From: Mediterranea massiliensis
Lineage (GTDB): Bacteria > Bacteroidota > Bacteroidia > Bacteroidales > Bacteroidaceae
DNA length: 64,000 bases
Direction of reading: 5' to 3'
Assembly: GCA_015060685.1 (NCBI GenBank)
Contig: SUXZ01000010.1
Coordinates: forward strand, 6,514-70,513
Position 1 is the stretch's first letter; each line of letters starts with the position of its first letter. This document shows, one piece after another, positions 56,888 to 64,000 of the stretch. Below the pieces are notes generated by a model, which was not told the DNA's origin, ran no database searches, and saw only the letters and a program-made list of their open reading frames with translations. Made by a program: the position numbers and the translations under genes.

Positions 56888-59803
56888 ATGAATAAGGAAC
56901 ATATAGAAGAATTTTTAAAGTATGTATCAGTTCTAAAAGGAGATGAAAAAGGTGAAGCTCAATTGTTCTGTGACCGATTATTTCGTGCTTTTGGACATGG
57001 TGGAATCATAGAAGCTAATGGAACATTGGAAGCAAGGATTAAATTCGATGTAACAAAACGCACTAAATTTGCAGATTGTTTGTGGTGTCCTAAAGGACGT
57101 TCAGGTGTGTTGATTGAAATGAAAAAACGTACTGTAAAGAATCTTGAGGTTCATTTTAGTCAAGCACGTGATTACTGGCTTAATATGGATCCTAATGTTG
57201 TTATTGGGGAAGGTCATGAAAAGCCTAAGTATATTATAATGTGTAATTTTGATGAGTTTATTATATATAAAGATTGTCAAAAGGTTGATGATTTTAGGAT
57301 AAATGAACTTCCTGAACGATATACAGCTCTGAATTTCTTGTTGCCTATAGAAAAAGAACCTCTTTTTCAAAATAATATTGAACAGATTTCTCGAAAGACA
57401 GCAGATAAAATTGGTGAACTTTATCAATATCTGATAATAGAAAGGAAGGAACCTCAAGAAATAGTTCAGCATTTCATATTGCAATGTGTATTGGCTTTTT
57501 TTTCGGAGGACTTTGGTTTACTTCCACAAGGATTCTTTACTCAAATCATTAAAGAATGTAAAGAAGGAAAGTCAGATGCCTATGATTTAATAGGAGGTTT
57601 GTTTAAGCAGATGGCTTCACCTCATGAAGCACGTGGAGGTAGATTCAAAGATATAAGATATTTTAATGGAGGTTTGTTTGAACATGTAGAACCGATTGAA
57701 TTGGACCAATATTGTTTGGACATACTTTATGAAGTTGCCTTGAAAGATTGGAAACAGGTGCATCCTGCTATTTTTGGAGCTTTGTTTGAAGGTACAATGG
57801 ATTCCAAAGAACGCCATAAATTCGGTGCACATTTTACTAATGAAACAGATATGCTTCGGGTGATAACCCCGACAATTATTAAGCCTTGGAAAGAGAAAAT
57901 TGAAAAAGCCAATACGCTTGATGCGCTTAAAGATTTGTTGAAAGATATAAGCAATTATAAAGTTTTAGACCCTGCTTGTGGTTGTGGTAATTTCCTTTTT
58001 GTTGCATATCGTGAATTGAAGGAATTGGAGTGTCAGATATTTGATAAAATGAATGAATTATCTAAAGCTACAAAAAGACAGCGTGATAAACTACATTTAG
58101 GAGTCTCTCATATCAGAACAAATCAGTTTTATGGCCTTGATATCCAACCGATGGCGGTTGAAGTGGCAAAAATGACAATGATGATTGCTAAAGAGTTGGT
58201 AGGTGAGACATATAAAAAGCGTACGGCAGAATATTCTCAAGCGATTGAATTTGAAGAAACTCTACCATTGGATAATATGGATGACAATATCCTTGTTCGA
58301 GATGCTTTATTCGATGAATGGCCTGCATTTGATGTGGTAATAGGTAATCCTCCCTATCAATCAAAAAATAAGATGTCTCAGGAAATGGACTTGGTTTATG
58401 TGGATAAAGTGAGAAAAGCATTTCCTGATGTTCCTGGTCGTGCAGACTTTTGTGTTTATTGGTTCTATAAAGCACATACATTGATGAAAGAAGGACAATA
58501 TGCTGGTCTTGTTGGAACCAATACAATACGACAAAATTACTCTCGCATTGGAGGATTGGATTACATCGTAAATAATGGTGGTACGATTTTAGATTCTGTG
58601 TCAACGGAAGTCTGGTCAGGAGATGCTGCTGTATATGTTTCTATTGCTACATGGAAGAAAGGGGAAGAAAAAGGTTTGAAACAATTGGCTTTTCAGCGTG
58701 GTGATAGTCTGAATTCTCCTTTTGAGTATTATCAGTTAGAGCATATAAATTCATCTTTGAGTTTAGGTAATGTTACTAATGCAAAAACGCTTAATATTAA
58801 TAAAAATTCTGATTGTTGTGCTCAAGGACAAACACACGGGCATAAAGGATTCTTATTAGAAAGAGCCAAAGCTGAAGGAATTTTGGCTATTGATGGAAGC
58901 TATAAAGAAGTTATACATCCTTTTTTAAATGGAGATGAGTTGTTGGGAAATAAATATTCTCAACCCGAAAGATATGTGATTGATTTTAGAGGGAAAGATA
59001 TTTTTGAGGCACAAAAATATAAGGAAGCATATAATTATGTGTATCAATTAGTTTATCCTGATAAAAAGAAAAAGGCGGAAGAACAAATTAAGAAAAATGA
59101 AACAGCTTTAGCTTTAAATCCGTCTGTTAAATTGAATCATCATCATGAAAACTTTTTTAAGAAGTGGTGGAGATTATCTTATGATCGTAGTGAGTTGATG
59201 AATGTTCTTCATGAAATTAATAGATATATTGTTTGCTCACGTGTTACCAAACGGCCAATTTTTGAATTTATATCATCAAAGATAAGTCCAAGTGATGCTT
59301 TGTCTGTATTCCCAATGGAAGATGATTATTCATTTGGCATATTACAATCAGAAATTCATTGGGAATGGTTTACCGCGCGTTGTTCGACTTTAAAAGGTGA
59401 TTGGAGATATACATCAGAAAGTGTATTTAATTCTTTCCCATGGCCACAAGCCCCAACAAAAGTACAAGTAAAAAGAATTGCAGATTTAGCAAAACAACTT
59501 CGAATGAAGCGTAGGGAAATTATGGATAAGAATGATACTACCTTACGTGATTTGTACAGAACGATAGAAATAACTCCATATAATCCAGTCTCAGAAATTC
59601 AAGATAAACTTGATATAGCTGTTCGTGAAGCGTACGGAATGAAAAAGAAAGATGAAATCTTGCCTTTCTTGTTGAATCTAAACCACACTTTGGCTGAAAA
59701 AGAAGAAAATGGTGAAGTTATTCAAGGACCAGGGTTGCCTTCTTTTATTAAAGATGCTTCTGGGTTTATTAGTGATGATTGTGTAAAGATGGAGAAGGAA
59801 TGA
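56888..59803 (+). CDS. MmeI-like type IIG/IIL fused restriction endonuclease and N6-adenine methyltransferase
   Basis: N-terminal ADCLW...LIEMK (PD-D/ExK), DPACGCGNF (motif I), GNPPY (motif IV) and a C-terminal TRD-like region. Confidence 0.88.
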   Translation: MNKEHIEEFLKYVSVLKGDEKGEAQLFCDRLFRAFGHGGIIEANGTLEARIKFDVTKRTKFADCLWCPKGRSGVLIEMKKRTVKNLEVHFSQARDYWLNMDPNVVIGEGHEKPKYIIMCNFDEFIIYKDCQKVDDFRINELPERYTALNFLLPIEKEPLFQNNIEQISRKTADKIGELYQYLIIERKEPQEIVQHFILQCVLAFFSEDFGLLPQGFFTQIIKECKEGKSDAYDLIGGLFKQMASPHEARGGRFKDIRYFNGGLFEHVEPIELDQYCLDILYEVALKDWKQVHPAIFGALFEGTMDSKERHKFGAHFTNETDMLRVITPTIIKPWKEKIEKANTLDALKDLLKDISNYKVLDPACGCGNFLFVAYRELKELECQIFDKMNELSKATKRQRDKLHLGVSHIRTNQFYGLDIQPMAVEVAKMTMMIAKELVGETYKKRTAEYSQAIEFEETLPLDNMDDNILVRDALFDEWPAFDVVIGNPPYQSKNKMSQEMDLVYVDKVRKAFPDVPGRADFCVYWFYKAHTLMKEGQYAGLVGTNTIRQNYSRIGGLDYIVNNGGTILDSVSTEVWSGDAAVYVSIATWKKGEEKGLKQLAFQRGDSLNSPFEYYQLEHINSSLSLGNVTNAKTLNINKNSDCCAQGQTHGHKGFLLERAKAEGILAIDGSYKEVIHPFLNGDELLGNKYSQPERYVIDFRGKDIFEAQKYKEAYNYVYQLVYPDKKKKAEEQIKKNETALALNPSVKLNHHHENFFKKWWRLSYDRSELMNVLHEINRYIVCSRVTKRPIFEFISSKISPSDALSVFPMEDDYSFGILQSEIHWEWFTARCSTLKGDWRYTSESVFNSFPWPQAPTKVQVKRIADLAKQLRMKRREIMDKNDTTLRDLYRTIEITPYNPVSEIQDKLDIAVREAYGMKKKDEILPFLLNLNHTLAEKEENGEVIQGPGLPSFIKDASGFISDDCVKMEKE

Positions 59804-59806
59804 AAT

Positions 59807-61696
59807 ATGAATAGAGGACTTGTAGAATATTTAAACGAATATACGATTAATCCAGATCCTCAATATGCCATTATGATAAATGGGAAATGGGGATGTGGGA
59901 AGACTTTTTTTATTAAAGATTGGCTGAAGAAATACGAAGATGATAAAAATAATGTGGATAAAATTCTTAAACCCATATATGTTTCTTTATATGGATTGAA
60001 AGAAATTGAACAAATTACATCTGCTATTAATAGAGTCTTATATCCATATATGTATGGAAAACTAGCAAATATTGGTAAAGCTGTGTGGAAGTGTGCCTCT
60101 GCTTTGGTTTTTAAGCAAGAAGTCAATTTGAATGATGATAAACAAAATGATATTTCTATAAATATAGGTTTGGACTCTTTGTCTATATTGAAATCTGATG
60201 ATGAAACTATAAAATCTGATAAATTTCTAATTTTTGATGATATAGAAAGATGTCAGGTTGATATGACTGAGTTATTAGGATATATAAACTACTTTGTAGA
60301 GCATTGCCATTGTCGTGTTTTGATTATTGGGGATGAGAGCCAATTAGGAAAAAAAGACAAAGAAGTTTTTGAGAAATTTAAAGAAAAAACGATAGGAAGG
60401 GAGTTTTTGTTAAGAACAGAATTAGATGCAGCTATTGATTTTTTTGTAAAAGAACTAAATTATCCGTTCTTCATTTCACATATAAAAGACATAAAAAAAA
60501 CGTTTGAAATAACTGAATGTAACAATTTACGCATTCTTAGACAATGCTTGTGGGATTTTTTTCGTTTAAAAGAATTAGTAGAATACAATGAAACTGATTA
60601 TTACGAGCAAGTAATGACAAGTTTACTCTGCTCTTTTATTGCTGTTTATTGTGAATATAAAGGAGAAAACAATATCGTATTGCGGAAATGGAAAGATTAC
60701 AAAAAGGCATTAATTAATACTGAAAATGATAAAGATGCAAAGGATGTAATAAAATCAATGATGAATATTCAAAATAAATATAGTGCGTATCCATCATTTA
60801 CAGTATTTCCGATATTTGATTTTGATATTGTAGATAGAATAATCGTAAATATTGAGAGTGGAATATCTATAGTTGATTTCGTTAATAAATTAATTATCCC
60901 CAAACCAATAGATAGAAAGCCCTCATGGGAAAGATGTCATGAAGCATTAATTATGTCCAATGATGAATTTGTCATATTCTATAACGAGTTGATAGATGAT
61001 ATTGTAAATGTTAAGGTCTTAAATCTAAGAGATTTAGGGAATTCTATAGCATATATTTCTTTTTATGAGATAAAAGGAATCTGCTCTTTGAGCGACCAAC
61101 AAATAATGAACATAAATAATGCATTGCCTAAATATTTAGAGAAGTTTAAAACATTAGAAGCTTGTTATGATGGAGTTATGGCATTTAGAACGGGTATAAA
61201 TATATTTGTCTCAGATGTTGAAATGCCGTTATTATCTCGTTTATGTGAGTGCTTTTATTTAGAATTTGAAAGACGTAAAAGAGAAGATAAAAATGAGCTA
61301 ACAAAACTATTAGAAAATTTAAATGATCATAATAGTGAAGTTTTGTTTGAACTCAATAGTGCAGCTTTGCCAGACAAAACTACAACGTATGATTCGGTTT
61401 CAATATTTCATCTTGTAGATATTGATTTGTTATTTTTATCAATTAAGAGTATGGGTAATAAAGGTCGACAACATTTCAATAGCTTTATTCGTCAAAGATA
61501 TAGGCTTAATAGTAATCTTGGGAATTGGATTCATGAAACTCAAGATGATATTGCTCCTTTGGTAAAACTCAAAAAGAAAGTAGATGAAGAAATCCCTAAG
61601 CGGGAATTAGTAGATAAGTATTCATTAGAAATGATTTCGAATTCTATACTCGGTGCAATAAGGAGATGCGAAGGTGATAAGAAAGCACAAAATTAA
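59807..61696 (+). CDS. KAP-family P-loop NTPase
   Basis: GKWGCGKT Walker A, YVSLYG, LIFDDIER Walker B and EKTIG. Confidence 0.82.
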   Translation: MNRGLVEYLNEYTINPDPQYAIMINGKWGCGKTFFIKDWLKKYEDDKNNVDKILKPIYVSLYGLKEIEQITSAINRVLYPYMYGKLANIGKAVWKCASALVFKQEVNLNDDKQNDISINIGLDSLSILKSDDETIKSDKFLIFDDIERCQVDMTELLGYINYFVEHCHCRVLIIGDESQLGKKDKEVFEKFKEKTIGREFLLRTELDAAIDFFVKELNYPFFISHIKDIKKTFEITECNNLRILRQCLWDFFRLKELVEYNETDYYEQVMTSLLCSFIAVYCEYKGENNIVLRKWKDYKKALINTENDKDAKDVIKSMMNIQNKYSAYPSFTVFPIFDFDIVDRIIVNIESGISIVDFVNKLIIPKPIDRKPSWERCHEALIMSNDEFVIFYNELIDDIVNVKVLNLRDLGNSIAYISFYEIKGICSLSDQQIMNINNALPKYLEKFKTLEACYDGVMAFRTGINIFVSDVEMPLLSRLCECFYLEFERRKREDKNELTKLLENLNDHNSEVLFELNSAALPDKTTTYDSVSIFHLVDIDLLFLSIKSMGNKGRQHFNSFIRQRYRLNSNLGNWIHETQDDIAPLVKLKKKVDEEIPKRELVDKYSLEMISNSILGAIRRCEGDKKAQN

Positions 61697-61711
61697 TTTA
61701 GTTAGTGTAAC

Positions 61712-62695
61712 ATGGAAAAGGACGAAATAGTAATATATCAATCGCAAGACGGAACAATAAAAGTAGATGTTTTGTTTGAGGAAAAGACGGTTTGGCTGAC
61801 GATGGATCAGATGACAGTCTTGTTTGGAAAGTCGCGCTCAACAATTAATGAACATATTCTGAATATATTCAAAGAAGAAGAACTAATAGAGGAGGATAGT
61901 GTAAGAAAAATCGGAAATTCCGATTTTTCTACCAAACCAACGAATTATTATAATTTGGATGTAATAATATCCGTAGGTTATCGAGTGAAATCCAAACAAG
62001 GTACACAATTCCGTATTTGGGCTACTCAACGCTTGCAAGAATATATTTTGAAAGGATTTTCCATTAATGACGAACGCTTCAAGACGGGTTCTTCAATGAA
62101 TTATTTCAAGGAATTGCTTGAACGTATTCGGGAAATTCGCCTATCTGAACGGGTGTTCTATCAACAGATAAAAGATATTTATGCTACAAGTATTGATTAT
62201 GACCCAGCAGATGAAATGACGCTTTCTTTCTATAAAGAGGTACAAAACAAATTGTTGTGGGCAGTAAGTGGAAAAACTGCTGCCGAACTCATATATTATC
62301 GTGCCAATGCTTCGCTTCCGTTGATGGGTTTAACTTCTACAACATATCCAGAAAAAGTACTGAAAGCGGATATTACTATTGGAAAGAATTATCTCAACGA
62401 GGAAGAAATAAAGATGTTGAAGCTGATTGTAGAACAATTTTTAGCTTATGCGGAAACACAAGCCTTAGCTCACAGGCCGATGTATATGCGTGATTGGGTG
62501 GAAAAGCTAAAATTGGTTCTTACTCTTAATGAAAAGAGTGTATTGGAAGATGCAGGACACATCTCTCATCAATTAGCCGTAGCAAAGGCTGGTGAGGAAT
62601 ATGCTAAATATAAGGAAATTCAACAATCCTTGGAACATTTGAATAGTATTAAAGAATTGGATGAAGATATCAAACGTTTGAAAGGGAATTATTAA
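61712..62695 (+). CDS. rhuM: RhuM family (virulence RhuM-like) DNA-binding protein
   Basis: TVWLTMDQMTVLF, YNLDVIISVGYRVKSKQGTQFRIWAT and QNKLLWA. Confidence 0.88.
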   Translation: MEKDEIVIYQSQDGTIKVDVLFEEKTVWLTMDQMTVLFGKSRSTINEHILNIFKEEELIEEDSVRKIGNSDFSTKPTNYYNLDVIISVGYRVKSKQGTQFRIWATQRLQEYILKGFSINDERFKTGSSMNYFKELLERIREIRLSERVFYQQIKDIYATSIDYDPADEMTLSFYKEVQNKLLWAVSGKTAAELIYYRANASLPLMGLTSTTYPEKVLKADITIGKNYLNEEEIKMLKLIVEQFLAYAETQALAHRPMYMRDWVEKLKLVLTLNEKSVLEDAGHISHQLAVAKAGEEYAKYKEIQQSLEHLNSIKELDEDIKRLKGNY

Positions 62696-62761
62696 TATTT
62701 GAAAAATTAAATAACACCAAACAATTTAGTCAGGTTAATTGTTGTATCAATAAATAATAAT

Positions 62762-63427
62762 TTGTTTAATCCTGAAAAAATGTGTTTGGTTAATTTATTA
62801 AGTTCAAATTTGTATCAGAATTTGGTATTAACGGTAACGGTTATAGTTACCATTTGTGTTTATTATGGAAGGAAGCGGCAATATTTGCGAAATGCAGTAC
62901 TTATTTTGACGCTTCAGATTAGAAACATTGAAGAGAATATTGAGTGCTTGATTGCTGAAGGGGTAATAGGGAATCAACTTCAAGAAAGAGCATTGCATTA
63001 TTCTACTATTATTTATGAAGAAAATTATTGGCTAAAATATAATCATCTTATAGCCGGTCGTGTTGATACACAAACTTATGGTGTCTTAGATAATTTTTAT
63101 AAGATAGCTTTTAAGATAAGAGAGCAACAATTGATGATAAAGAATAAGTTATTGCAATCAATGGATTATAAAGGAATGTACTATTATAATGGAATATTTT
63201 CAAGGGTGAATGGTATTTTGGACAAACCAGATGGTGTAGGTAGTGATAAATTGTTGGATATTTGTAAAAGAGAAGTTTCTCTTATTCAAGATCTATATAA
63301 TCATGATATAACTAACCCACCTGCATTTATTCAGCTGGAATTAGTAAGAGGACTATCCAAAAAGCTAGAACAATATCATAAAATTACAGATGGTGTTGCA
63401 TTTTCAAAATTGCTTCATTTGAAGTAA
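62762..63427 (+). CDS. Hypothetical protein with an N-terminal membrane anchor
   Basis: 221-aa ORF with the hydrophobic stretch LVLTVTVIVTICVYY; start uncertain. Confidence 0.65.
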   Translation: MFNPEKMCLVNLLSSNLYQNLVLTVTVIVTICVYYGRKRQYLRNAVLILTLQIRNIEENIECLIAEGVIGNQLQERALHYSTIIYEENYWLKYNHLIAGRVDTQTYGVLDNFYKIAFKIREQQLMIKNKLLQSMDYKGMYYYNGIFSRVNGILDKPDGVGSDKLLDICKREVSLIQDLYNHDITNPPAFIQLELVRGLSKKLEQYHKITDGVAFSKLLHLK

Positions 63428-63574
63428 CATTATTGGAATCCAACTGCAGGAAATACTAACGAATAAATACTAGTTAGTCTTAATTCTTATGGTAGTGTGT
63501 GGAATTAATCGGAATTTCCGATTTTTCTAATTAAAAAGGCGATGTACCGAAGTGGTGCATCGCCTTTATGATTT

Positions 63575-64000
63575 TTATAGACTATCGTAGTCTTGACTGA
63601 AGGTGTCGGCTTGGTTCAAATCGCCGGTGGCAAGGCCTTTCTTCAACCAACGCACGCGTTGGGCAGAGGTACCGTGATTGAAGGCATCGGGTACGGTGTA
63701 TCCTTGTGCTTGCTTTTGCAGGTAATCGTCCCCAATCTTCGAAGCAACGTTCAAACCCTCTTCAATGTCGCCATTCTCCAACGAGTTGAACATCTGGTTG
63801 TCGTGATATGCCCAGATGCCGGCAAGGAAGTCGGCTTGCAACTCAAGGCGCACACTGATGCGGTTGCTCTCTTTTTCGCTTACACGGCTCATCTGTTGGT
63901 GTGCCTTGTCGAGGATACCCAACAGGTATTGTACATGGTGGCCCACTTCGTGAGCAATGACGTAGGCATAGGCAAAATCACCATCGGCACCCAACTGGCG
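63575..64000 (-). CDS. Neutral zinc metallopeptidase (YpfJ-like), 5' end outside the window
   Basis: [12 protein letters not shown] (HExxH), ELQAD and HGTSAQR; terminator hairpin at 63535-63567. Confidence 0.9.
   Translation of the reverse strand, partial: RQLGADGDFAYAYVIAHEVGHHVQYLLGILDKAHQQMSRVSEKESNRISVRLELQADFLAGIWAYHDNQMFNSLENGDIEEGLNVASKIGDDYLQKQAQGYTVPDAFNHGTSAQRVRWLKKGLATGDLNQADTFSQDYDSL

Overview
Chromosomal window from a Bacteroidales (Bacteroidaceae/Prevotellaceae-like) anaerobe, judged from TAnnTTTG promoters, lipoprotein signals and gene content. The core and metabolic genes are etfB (partial), pepC, cstA, uvrA, gadB/gadC, pyruvate:ferredoxin oxidoreductase, rubredoxin-fprA, several orphan CAZymes (two GH5, GH43, a CE1-like esterase, a pectinesterase-like protein, a GHL10 protein), an ABC exporter and several peptidases. 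They are interrupted by visibly AT-rich accessory blocks. The first (about 25.6-31 kb) holds a frameshifted GHKL ATPase, a STAS gene, orphan lipoproteins and structured DNA/RNA elements. The second (about 40.3-43.8 kb) holds two tandem cassettes, each with an unannotated 41-aa peptide and a fimbrillin-like lipoprotein with mosaic conserved and variable blocks. The third (about 56.8-63.5 kb) holds an MmeI-like type IIG restriction-modification gene, a KAP NTPase, rhuM and an orphan gene. The intergenic DNA is unusually rich in repeats: GTAG-type REP palindromes embedded in octamer/heptamer tandem arrays, an 88-bp inverted repeat bracketing an ATPase gene, two inverted-repeat/AT-rich-core modules, a 22-bp palindromic array and a roughly 140-nt nested hairpin leader. 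I saw no rRNA, tRNA, CRISPR array, integrase or transposase. All calls come from motif recognition by eye; no database search was run.
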